Source of the DNA: a candidate division WOR-3 bacterium
GTDB taxonomy: Bacteria; Hydrothermota; Tepidihabitantia; SM23-42; CAYGYG01
Length of the DNA: 30,510 nt
NCBI GenBank assembly: GCA_965648915.1
Contig: CBFGIV010000027.1
Span: forward strand, 1-30,510
Direction of reading: 5' to 3'
This document shows positions 19,299-27,551 of this stretch, in pieces. The position numbers and the translations under genes were made by a program. Position 1 is the stretch's first letter; every line of letters begins with the position of its first letter. A model generated the notes under the pieces. The model worked only from the letters and a program-made list of their open reading frames with translations, did not search any database and was not told the origin of the DNA.

Positions 19299-20771
19299 TT
19301 ATCTACTTAAAACAATCTTTTTGACCACGGAAAATCTGCCGTTGTAAATTCTTATAAAATAGACACCCGATGGGAGAATTTTGCTGTTAAAATCTCTTCC
19401 ATCCCATTTGATTATCGTTTGTTTTTTATCTCGAAATGACATCACCTCCTTTCCTATTATGTCGTAGATTCTTATATTGATCCCCTGTTCTAAACCTACG
19501 ACTGAAAGAAGTATTGAACAACTCTTTTTAAAAGGATTTGGTTGAATGTTAACTAAAGATATTTTCTGAGTAGATTGAAGAGGTTCCTCAATACCTGTCT
19601 CAAGTCTGGTCCCACGACGATAATAGAGTGGACGCGGATATCCTGTATCACCATCTGTCCAAAGAACATGCAGTTTTGCATTTGCGGTCGAAATATTTGC
19701 CCCAGCAAATCCTCCCCTTGACTTGCGAACGCATTCTCTACGAAACCAAGTTCTTCCCGAATCAGTGCTGGCGATGAAAAAAAGTGAATCGTGAGTAGAA
19801 CCCCAAGAATAACACCAAACACAATAAACATCACTTTTGTTACTGGCAATATCCTGACCAGGCCCAGCATCTGACACATGGTCATTCGTAAGCATCATTA
19901 GTGTATCCCAGGATAGACCATTATTAGAGGTTCTTCGGAAAAATAGGTCACCGCGATTTATGGGCGAATATTTAGAGTCTATCCAATTAACAAAAACATA
20001 GCTCTGGGGGCCGCCGCATATCCGCGGCGCATAAGGCCAGATTGAGTCAGATAAAGCGGCGCAACTTGACCAAGTTAAACCTAAATCCGTGCTCCTTGTG
20101 TAGTAAAGAAAAGGTGGATCACTTGGTCCTGTGCCTGATATTCTAACAAAAGCTAAATGGAGAATTCCATCTTTATAATGAACTGCTGGATTTCCTTGTG
20201 TTGCTCTTATACTGTCTGCAATTTGAATATAGTCAGACCAGGTGTCTCCGGCATTGAAACTACGTATTAGGTAGAGACCTTTTGGAGGCGGTTCCATGTT
20301 TGGATCAACTGAACCAACAACAAATAATGTATCACTAAGGCAAGCAAATCCTAAACCGCGTAATTTCTTTATTTTCATCTCTGGTTGCCAAGTTAAACCA
20401 AAATCGGCACTTTTTCTAAATTTAATATGAAAATTTTCTGTTGTGGTCCAACTCATCCAAGTAACAAAAACATTAGACCAACTTGTCTTAATGCACTGCG
20501 TATATATTGGGCCATCTTGGTTGATTTGGAATGCATCTGACCACGTATTTCCATAGTCACTACTTCTCATATACATAAGTCTGCCGTCATTAAACAAAAT
20601 ATGCACAAACGAATCTTGGGCAGTGATCGAGCAGGATATTTTATCAATTATATCGTAAGTCAACTGTCGCTCCGGTTCCCAGCGAATCAATGTATCTTGG
20701 GCAGAAAGAAGCAGGAAAGGAAACAACAAAAAGCAGTATATAATGAAAAATTTCGACCATAATAAAAACAT
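19299..20771 (-). CDS. Secreted BNR/Asp-box (sialidase-fold-like) repeat protein with a T9SS/FlgD-like C-terminal domain
   Basis: Signal peptide; six RSSDYGNTW-type repeats; QPNPF..IYDIIG..WDGRD..LPSGVYFIRI..KKIVLSR. Confidence 0.85.
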   Translation of the reverse strand: MFLLWSKFFIIYCFLLFPFLLLSAQDTLIRWEPERQLTYDIIDKISCSITAQDSFVHILFNDGRLMYMRSSDYGNTWSDAFQINQDGPIYTQCIKTSWSNVFVTWMSWTTTENFHIKFRKSADFGLTWQPEMKIKKLRGLGFACLSDTLFVVGSVDPNMEPPPKGLYLIRSFNAGDTWSDYIQIADSIRATQGNPAVHYKDGILHLAFVRISGTGPSDPPFLYYTRSTDLGLTWSSCAALSDSIWPYAPRICGGPQSYVFVNWIDSKYSPINRGDLFFRRTSNNGLSWDTLMMLTNDHVSDAGPGQDIASNKSDVYCVWCYSWGSTHDSLFFIASTDSGRTWFRRECVRKSRGGFAGANISTANAKLHVLWTDGDTGYPRPLYYRRGTRLETGIEEPLQSTQKISLVNIQPNPFKKSCSILLSVVGLEQGINIRIYDIIGKEVMSFRDKKQTIIKWDGRDFNSKILPSGVYFIRIYNGRFSVVKKIVLSR

Positions 20772-20789
20772 ACCGTACCTTTTAATTTA

Positions 20790-20817
20790 ATTTTAATGAC
20801 ATTTTAAAAAAAGTCAA
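20790..20817 (-). promoter_or_regulatory. sigma70-type promoter of the BNR cargo genes (TTGACT-16-TAAAAT)
   Basis: Minus-strand TTGACT at 20817-20812 and TAAAAT at 20795-20790. Confidence 0.6.
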
Positions 20818-21017
20818 TAATTCACTTTTTCGTTAATAAAGACTTCTAATCAAAAAGCCGAGTTGATTGATGAACAAATTGGCCATTTTTGCGCGCATTA
20901 AACTCAAACTCTGAAATAAGAACTAATATTCCACATCATTCACTCTAACATTGAGGACACAATACTTATCTCCTTGATGAGACAGAATAAAGATAACTGG
21001 GGAATTAAAAATTATCA

Positions 21018-21041
21018 GTCGGGTATAAAATCCGACCCTAC
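21018..21041 (-). repeat. REP-like palindrome GTAG-G-GTCGGATTTTATACCCGAC
   Basis: GTAG tetranucleotide followed by an imperfect hairpin. Confidence 0.6.
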
Positions 21042-21057
21042 ATTCTCTTGTTGCAAT

Positions 21058-21081
21058 CGTCCATCTGAAGATGGGCGCTAC
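21058..21081 (-). repeat. REP-like palindrome GTAG-CGCCCATCTTCAGATGGACG
   Basis: GTAG followed by a 9-bp stem with one mismatch. Confidence 0.65.
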
Positions 21082-21099
21082 AATTTTAGGAAAAAATAG

Positions 21100-21255
21100 A
21101 AATCCGAAATCCTAAATTTTTACCCCGTTAGATAACTATTTTCTCTTCTCGATTAAAGAATGTAAAACAACGAAAACCAATTTGCATCAACTCTCTATAA
21201 ATATGACTATATCTAATGGGGCAGGCAAATTCCAAATCCTAAATCCCAATATTCC
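21100..21255. repeat. Heptamer array (AAATCCN) interrupted by a MITE-like element
   Basis: aaatccg aaatcct (21100-21113), resuming as aaattcc aaatcct aaatccc (21227-21247). Confidence 0.7.
21123..21221. mobile_element. MITE-like element of about 100 bp with 12-bp terminal inverted repeats
   Basis: CCCCGTTAGATA (21123-21134) and TATCTAATGGGG (21210-21221) match at 11/12; AT-rich non-coding interior; no clean target-site duplication. Confidence 0.65.
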
Positions 21256-21318
21256 AAACTGCAAAATCACTATTCGCCTAAGTCAGATTGCACACCAAAT
21301 TTGAGGTGTACCTGACCT

Positions 21319-21406
21319 AACCATTCAACTATAAAACCATCAAACTATCCAACCATCCAACTATTTAACTATCAGACAATACGACTATAAGACTATCGGA
21401 CTAATC
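21319..21406. repeat. Degenerate 8-bp tandem repeat, 11 units
   Basis: aaccattc aactataa aaccatca aactatcc aaccatcc aactattt aactatca gacaatac gactataa gactatcg gactaatc. Confidence 0.85.
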
Positions 21407-21440
21407 TTTCTCTCTACTCGCTACTTGCTATCCAACCATA

Positions 21441-21465
21441 CGGGCAATTCGTGAATTGCCCCTAC
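21441..21465 (-). repeat. REP-like palindrome GTAGGGGCAATTCACGAATTGCCCG overlapping the mvhD stop; may also act as a terminator or stability hairpin
   Basis: Perfect stem GGGCAATTC/GAATTGCCC preceded by GTAG. Confidence 0.75.
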
Positions 21466-21875
21466 GCTCTGTCGGCCTTTATCGGTCCGAGTTTGCGAAT
21501 CTCCTCAGTAAATTGGGTGGCAACCTCGACAAATTTATTCCCTTCGGCGGCTGATATCCATTCCAGGCGTAATCTTCGTTCATCGATACCAAAATCTCTT
21601 AACATCCTCTTTAATAGGGGTATACGTCTTGCCGTCTTATAATTACCGTCTTTATAGTGGCAATCACCAAAGTGGCAACCACCAATCAAAACACCATCGG
21701 CACCCTGTTTGAAAGCCTTAAGGATATGCTGGGGATCGACGCGGCTTGAACAGAAAACACGGATCGGAATTACATTTGCCGGATATTTCTTACGGGAAGT
21801 CCCGGCAAGATCCGCAGCCGCTGAGGTGCACCACTTGCAGACCAGTGCAATAATCTTGGGTTGAAACATACTCAC
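21462..21875 (-). CDS. mvhD: Methyl-viologen-reducing hydrogenase subunit D / FlpD [2Fe-2S] protein
   Basis: CKWC..AADLAG, IRVFCSSRVDP, GADGVLIGGCHFGDCHY..GN, WISAAEG. Confidence 0.95.
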   Translation of the reverse strand: MSMFQPKIIALVCKWCTSAAADLAGTSRKKYPANVIPIRVFCSSRVDPQHILKAFKQGADGVLIGGCHFGDCHYKDGNYKTARRIPLLKRMLRDFGIDERRLRLEWISAAEGNKFVEVATQFTEEIRKLGPIKADRA

Positions 21876-21884
21876 TCCTTAATT

Positions 21885-24800
21885 CTATTCTAATATCGAT
21901 TCGACCATCTTCTCGATCTGCCGGTCAGTTAGATTCTTCTGCTGAGCAGCACCTGATGGGCAGGCAGCACTGCAGGCACCACAACCCTCGCATAATGCTA
22001 ATGTAACCTTTACCTTTTTATTCTCACGATCCATTTCCCGGGCACTATAAGGACAGACTGCCACACAAAGACCACAACCAGAACAGAGGTCTTCATTAAC
22101 GCCGGTAACCGTGGGTTCGAGATGTAATTCAGGCTGGGAAAAGAGGGCCAGCACTTTACTGGCCGCACCTGATGCCTGGGAGACCACTTCCGGTATATCC
22201 TTTGGCCCCTGAGCAACACCAGCGAGAAAGAGACCAGAACTCAAAGTCTCGACCGGCCTGAGTTTGGGGTGGGCCTCATTGAAGAAACCATTTTCGTCGC
22301 GTCCCAGTTTCAGGATCTTCGATATTACTTCTGCTTCACTTACCGGCACAATCGGTGTGGCTAATACAACAAGGTCGGCCGCAACCTCAACTTTTTTCCC
22401 GGAAAGAGTATCAGCACCGAGCACAATTACCTTTCCATCCTCTTCATAAACTTTGGATACCTTACCTCGAATATAGATAACACCCTCGTCAGTGGCTCGT
22501 TTATAGAACTCTTCATAACCCTTACCACTCGTCCGGACATCGATATAGAAGACAATCGCTTCGCCATCGTGGACATGGTGACGATAAAGCATTGCGTGCT
22601 TGGTTGTGTACATACAGCAAATCTTAGAACAATAAGCTACGCCATGCTCAATATCCCTTGATCCAGCACACTGAATGAAAACAACCCTTTTCGGGATCAT
22701 CCCATCGGATGGCCGCTTGATCACACCACCGGTCGGGCCTGAAGCCGAGACCAGCCGTTCAAACTGCAAACCATCGATGACATCTTTATATCGACCATAA
22801 CCATACTCACCGATCGCTTCCTTTTTATAGAGGTCAAAACCGGTTGCAACTACAATCGCCCCCACATCATACTCTTCAATCCGGTCCGTCATATTATGGT
22901 CAATTGCTGCGGGGGCGCAGACTTTAACACACTCCATACATTCACAGCAGACTGAGCAGTCAAGGCACCTTTGGGCTTCCTTCACCGCATCCTCTTCGCT
23001 GAAACCGAGTTCGACCTCCTTAAAATTATTGGCCCTTTGAGCAACTTCGAGTTCCGGCATCCTGACTCTTTCCTGACGGTCGTAAAGTTTGAGTTCTTCT
23101 TCAGTCTTCCGGGCAATTGTTATTTTTTCCTTCGCAGGAGCAGTTTTAATGTCCTCACCCTGAAGATATTTATGAATGGACTGTGCTGCCTTCTTACCCG
23201 CCGCAACCGCTTCAATTATTGTTGCTGGACCAGAAACTGCATCTCCGCCGGCAAAGACACCATCGATGCTTGTGGCTAATGTGTCTGGGTCAACAACGAT
23301 CGTACCCCAGCGGGTCAGTTCCAGATTAAAATCGGCAGGGAGATTGCCAAGATCTGGTGCCTGACTAACTGCAGGGATAACATTGTCAACCTCAATGGTG
23401 AACTCAGAACCAGGAACAGGCACCGGTCGCCTCCGGCCGGTAGCATCAGGTTCACCCAATTCCATTCTGATACATTCCATAGATGAGACCTTGCCATCCT
23501 TGCCGATGATCTTGGTCGGCGCTGCCAGGTAGTGTATCTTTACCCCTTCTTTTATCGCCGATTCAATTTCATTTTCATTGGCCGGCATCTCCCTTCTTGA
23601 ACGACGATAGACAATGGTCACTTCCTGGGCACCGAGGCGCAATGCAACCCGGGCACAATCAATCGCTGCATTACCACCGCCGATCACGGCAACCTTTTTA
23701 CCGATCGCCGGTTTTCGACCAAAATTTACTTCCCGGAGAAATTCAATACAATGGAGGACGCCTTTAAGTTCCTCACCCGGGATATCAAGTTTCAAACTCT
23801 TATGGGCGCCAACCGCAATAAAAACTGCTTTATAACCCATATCCTGCAGGTCTTGATATTTAATATCTTTGCCAATTGTTACCCCGGTCTTGATTTCGAT
23901 ACCGACTGCCTTGATATACTCTATATCAGCATTAATCGCTGGCCGGGGTAGACGAAATTCAGGAATCCCGGTGACCAGCATTCCGCCAACAACATTCAGT
24001 GCTTCAAAAACTGTAACCGGATACCCCTGCTTTGCCAGAAAATAGGCACAGGTCAATCCACCCGGGCCTGAACCAACTACTGCAACCCGTTTCTTGGGAT
24101 AAATCTTTTCAACCGGTGCGGGAAGTTCCCGTTTCGATTTCAATTCGTAATCGGCAATAAATCTTTTCAAAGAAGCGATCGCAATCGGGGCATCAATCTC
24201 TTTACGGGTGCACTCACCTTCACAGGGATGATTACATACTCGACCGCAGACGGAAGCAAATGGATTTGCCTGCCGTTCGAGTTCTAATGCCTCCTTAAAC
24301 TTACGAGCAGCAATCAATGCTATGTAGCCATGGGCATTAACTCCAGCCGGACAGGCAACCCGACAGGGTGAATGGCCTCTCTTGTCAATTGTGAAGATAC
24401 TCGGCACCGCCTGAGGGAAAGGACGATAAATTGCCCGGCGCTGGCCCAATCCCGCATCAAATTCCGATTTTACCTCGACCGGGCAGACCAGACTGCAGTC
24501 CGCACAACCATTACACTTTGTCTCATCAACATAGCTTGATTTGCGTTTGACCTTGACCTTAAAATTGCCAATGTATCCAGAGGTTTCAACGATCTCACTG
24601 TAAGTCAGAAGTTTGATTTTGGGATGCTGTTTAACCTCTGACATCTTGGGCGTCAGAATACACTGAGAACAGTCAAGTGTCGGGAAGGTTTCAGAAAGTT
24701 GCGCCATATGTCCACCAATCGATGGGGCCTTCTCAACCAGAATCGTTTCGTAGCCGCCATTAGCAATATCAAGTGCTGCCTGAATGCCCGCAATACCACC

Positions 24801-25262
24801 GCCGATGACCAGGGCACGCCTTGTTACCGGGACGGCGATTGGTTCTAACGATTCATTGAGGCGAACCTTTTCGATAATCCCCTTGATGATTCTGATGGCT
24901 TTTTCGGTCGCCGCCTCTTTATCTTCGGTCACCCAGGAACACTGCTCACGGATATTCGCAATCTCGCACTGGTAAGGATTGATGCCCGAGTTCAAACCGA
25001 CTTTGCGAAAGGTATTTTCATGCAGTGTCGGCGAACAACAGGCACATATTATTGAGGAGAGGGATTTATCCTTAATTGCATCACCAATTAATTTCTGACC
25101 CGGCTCAGAACAGAGATAGATATAATCCTTGGCCAGTTTGATCCCAGGATATTTACTTAATTCTTTAACAACCTTAGAGACATCTACAGTGCCAGCGATA
25201 TTGTGGCCGCACCAGCAGACAAAGACACCTATTTTTTTGCTGTCAGTTTTATTCTCAGTCAT
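21885..25262 (-). CDS. hdrA: Heterodisulfide reductase subunit A-like flavoprotein with an inserted GltD/NfnB-like NAD(P)H oxidoreductase module (HdrL-type)
   Basis: GVFVCWCGHNI, NIREQCSW, GGGIAG, FPTLDCSQCILTPKM; insert SPCRVACP..CGRVCNHPCE..GSGPGG..GGGNAA..YRRSR..FAGGD; then CAGSR..YCSKICC, HPKLRPV and a C-terminal 2x[4Fe-4S] domain. Confidence 0.92.
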   Translation of the reverse strand: MTENKTDSKKIGVFVCWCGHNIAGTVDVSKVVKELSKYPGIKLAKDYIYLCSEPGQKLIGDAIKDKSLSSIICACCSPTLHENTFRKVGLNSGINPYQCEIANIREQCSWVTEDKEAATEKAIRIIKGIIEKVRLNESLEPIAVPVTRRALVIGGGIAGIQAALDIANGGYETILVEKAPSIGGHMAQLSETFPTLDCSQCILTPKMSEVKQHPKIKLLTYSEIVETSGYIGNFKVKVKRKSSYVDETKCNGCADCSLVCPVEVKSEFDAGLGQRRAIYRPFPQAVPSIFTIDKRGHSPCRVACPAGVNAHGYIALIAARKFKEALELERQANPFASVCGRVCNHPCEGECTRKEIDAPIAIASLKRFIADYELKSKRELPAPVEKIYPKKRVAVVGSGPGGLTCAYFLAKQGYPVTVFEALNVVGGMLVTGIPEFRLPRPAINADIEYIKAVGIEIKTGVTIGKDIKYQDLQDMGYKAVFIAVGAHKSLKLDIPGEELKGVLHCIEFLREVNFGRKPAIGKKVAVIGGGNAAIDCARVALRLGAQEVTIVYRRSRREMPANENEIESAIKEGVKIHYLAAPTKIIGKDGKVSSMECIRMELGEPDATGRRRPVPVPGSEFTIEVDNVIPAVSQAPDLGNLPADFNLELTRWGTIVVDPDTLATSIDGVFAGGDAVSGPATIIEAVAAGKKAAQSIHKYLQGEDIKTAPAKEKITIARKTEEELKLYDRQERVRMPELEVAQRANNFKEVELGFSEEDAVKEAQRCLDCSVCCECMECVKVCAPAAIDHNMTDRIEEYDVGAIVVATGFDLYKKEAIGEYGYGRYKDVIDGLQFERLVSASGPTGGVIKRPSDGMIPKRVVFIQCAGSRDIEHGVAYCSKICCMYTTKHAMLYRHHVHDGEAIVFYIDVRTSGKGYEEFYKRATDEGVIYIRGKVSKVYEEDGKVIVLGADTLSGKKVEVAADLVVLATPIVPVSEAEVISKILKLGRDENGFFNEAHPKLRPVETLSSGLFLAGVAQGPKDIPEVVSQASGAASKVLALFSQPELHLEPTVTGVNEDLCSGCGLCVAVCPYSAREMDRENKKVKVTLALCEGCGACSAACPSGAAQQKNLTDRQIEKMVESILE

Positions 25263-25270
25263 AAGATCTC

Positions 25271-26143
25271 CTAACTTAATAATTTATGCTTAATCAAGAC
25301 CGACCTGGTTTCAACCTTATTTTTACTCAAACCCCAGACCGTCTCATCCAGACCAAAACTTACTGCCATCAATTGAGTAAAATAGAATATCGGGATATTT
25401 ACAAAATCCGGATACTTCTCCTTCATCTTAGCCTGGAGGGCGTCGAGATTGTAGTGGCAGAGCGGACAACTTGTTGCTACTGCTTCGGCACCTTTCTTCG
25501 AAATATGTTTCAATATGCGGTATGATGCCTCGATTGCCAGATCGGGTGCATTCACAATCAGATAGGCACCACAGCACTCTCCCTTAAAAGAATGATCAAT
25601 AACTGTTGCTCCGAGCGTATTGAAGAGCTGATCGAGCAGAGTCGGATTTTCCGGATCATCGAAATTGAGTTCCTTCTGGGGCCGCAACAGGAGGCATCCA
25701 TAGTATGGGGCTATTTTTAAACCGGCCAATCTCTTCTTAACCTTCTCCCGGAGCCGGTCAAAACCGATGCGGTCGCGAAAAACTTCAAGGAGATGTAAAA
25801 TCACCTGCCCGCCATCATAAGATTCGCCAAGATGGTCATTAAGAATATCAAGCTCCTCCTTATTGTTATTGACCCGAAAGTTGGTCCGTTTGAGAACATT
25901 ATAACAGGCCGAACAGGTCGTTATAAGATCCATATTCTCTTTTCTTGCCTTTGCCAGGTTACGCAGCGGAGATAAAAGCCCGATCTTATAATCAACAGTC
26001 AGCGTGGCAACTGTTCCACAACAGTACCAGTTGGGCATCTCTTTCAGGTCGATACCCAGATAGCCGCTGACGGCACGGATTGAATTATCAAAATCCTTGG
26101 CTTTGGTATACAATGTACAGCCTGGATAATACAAATATTTCAT
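25271..26143 (-). CDS. hdrB: Heterodisulfide reductase subunit B
   Basis: YYPGC, WYCCG, CSACY, PYYGCLLLRP, ECCG, SCPLCHYNLD (two CCG domains). Confidence 0.94.
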   Translation of the reverse strand: MKYLYYPGCTLYTKAKDFDNSIRAVSGYLGIDLKEMPNWYCCGTVATLTVDYKIGLLSPLRNLAKARKENMDLITTCSACYNVLKRTNFRVNNNKEELDILNDHLGESYDGGQVILHLLEVFRDRIGFDRLREKVKKRLAGLKIAPYYGCLLLRPQKELNFDDPENPTLLDQLFNTLGATVIDHSFKGECCGAYLIVNAPDLAIEASYRILKHISKKGAEAVATSCPLCHYNLDALQAKMKEKYPDFVNIPIFYFTQLMAVSFGLDETVWGLSKNKVETRSVLIKHKLLS

Positions 26144-26172
26144 GTTAACTCCAATCTATGAATAAGAAATTC

Positions 26173-26245
26173 ACTACAAATCGCACAAATGGCAGCGAAT
26201 TTATCAGATAAGTGTGAACAATTTCTATTCGAGTCATTCGTCATT
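26173..26245. repeat. Degenerate 9-bp units in inverted arrangement
   Basis: actacaaat cgcacaaat ggcagcgaat ... attcgagtc attcgtc att; overlaps the stop codon at 26241-26243. Confidence 0.5.
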
Positions 26246-27104
26246 GTAACATGATTATTTTCTTGGTAATCTTATTTTTACCAGCATCCATATTGACAAA
26301 GTAGACACCTTGAGGCAACTTCTCTGTATCCCAGGCGATTTCGTAGCAACCAGCCGGTTCAACTTTATCCTTCAATCTCTTAACTAAGCGACCAAGTACA
26401 TTATAGACTGAAATCTTTACTTTTATTGGTCTATTAAGACCATATCTTATTTTTAACATTCCCTTTACGGGGTTGGGATAAACCGGGCCAAAGAAGAATT
26501 TGCAGGGGATGATTGAGACTTCTCCTTCTTGAGTCCCGCTGGCCAATTCTCTCTTTTCTTCGCGGTCAAATTCATAAATAGAAATTTCACCACAAATCAC
26601 ATATCGCCGTTTGACTTTTTCAATATCCACGATTACTTTGCCGTCAGCATATAGACTGCAGGGAATAAAGACCGAAACTTTCTTTAGTTCATGAAACTTG
26701 ACATAAGAGAGGTCTAAAGACACACCGTCAATCTTTAATAATTGAATTAAAGTATAAGTCGAATCTTTAGAAATGTCAATATCTTGTAAAGTATCAAGGC
26801 CAGTATCTTTGTTAATCAAGTGCTTCTTGTATTTTATTATGCCTCTTAGGGTGATGTCAATCTGCTTCGTCGCACCAGAATCAGAATTACGACTAAAGCC
26901 AGTATTACTACCCCCACCAGGACGAAAAAAGTTTATCCTGCCTTTCTCTCTCATCTCTTTTATTACTTCATCCACCGCTTCCCATTTCGGGATACTTTGC
27001 TCTTTCGACAATCGGCGAGCATCTATTAATATGGGGATTGCTTCTTTTCTCTCAATACCATACCTTGCAATCATCTCGTAAATCATATCAAGTGCAACAT
27101 CCAT
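26241..27104 (-). CDS. Signal-peptide-less protein with a T9SS-like C-terminal domain; probable mosaic or remnant inserted between hdrC and hdrB
   Basis: C-terminus VYPNPV..VYNVLGRLV..LPQGVYFV..KKIIMLQ; charged N-terminus with no export signal and no clear SD. Confidence 0.65.
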   Translation of the reverse strand: MDVALDMIYEMIARYGIERKEAIPILIDARRLSKEQSIPKWEAVDEVIKEMREKGRINFFRPGGGSNTGFSRNSDSGATKQIDITLRGIIKYKKHLINKDTGLDTLQDIDISKDSTYTLIQLLKIDGVSLDLSYVKFHELKKVSVFIPCSLYADGKVIVDIEKVKRRYVICGEISIYEFDREEKRELASGTQEGEVSIIPCKFFFGPVYPNPVKGMLKIRYGLNRPIKVKISVYNVLGRLVKRLKDKVEPAGCYEIAWDTEKLPQGVYFVNMDAGKNKITKKIIMLQ

Positions 27105-27143
27105 CTTTTCGCTTTTAAGATGATACTCGTTAAGAATATCAAG

Positions 27144-27545
27144 TTACCCCGAAAATTTCATGTAACCTGAGATAATCCCCTGGGGTGGGCAATCAAACAT
27201 AAGTTCTTTATCGATGTTTAATGGATTAATGATATCAATCTTCTTTCTTAAGATCAAAACTCTTAGTGCTTCCATAATCTTAGGAATATCAACTCTTCTC
27301 GGGCAGCGGGTTGCACAGACCCAGCAGGCCGAACAGAACCAGGGGGTCTTTGCTTTTAACACTTCATCTTGGAGACCGAGCTGAATAAATCTTATGACCT
27401 GATTAGGGAGCAAATCCATAAATGCGGAAAAAGGACAGCCGGCCGAACAGCGCCCGCACTGATAGCAATCATAAACCTTCTGTCCACAGATCTCTTCAAT
27501 TTTTTTAATAAATTCTAAGTTAAACTGTAGATTTATGGTATCCAT
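27144..27545 (-). CDS. hdrC: Heterodisulfide reductase subunit C
   Basis: CYQCGRCSAGCP and CSACWVCATRCPR 2x[4Fe-4S] motifs. Start placed at the second ATG (27545) because the ATG at 27551 abuts the -10 box. Confidence 0.92.
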   Translation of the reverse strand: MDTINLQFNLEFIKKIEEICGQKVYDCYQCGRCSAGCPFSAFMDLLPNQVIRFIQLGLQDEVLKAKTPWFCSACWVCATRCPRRVDIPKIMEALRVLILRKKIDIINPLNIDKELMFDCPPQGIISGYMKFSG

Positions 27546-27551
27546 ACTCAT

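Noticed and set aside
20820..21010. Pseudogene remnant upstream of the BNR gene promoter
   Set aside because: The frame I translated gave no recognisable protein, so there is no support for a call.
21319..21406. Possible CRISPR array
   Set aside because: The period is only 8 bp, there are no spacers, and no cas genes are present.
21462..27551. Selenocysteine recoding in mvhD or hdrA
   Set aside because: The positions that are Sec in some homologues are ordinary Cys here, and the ORFs are uninterrupted.
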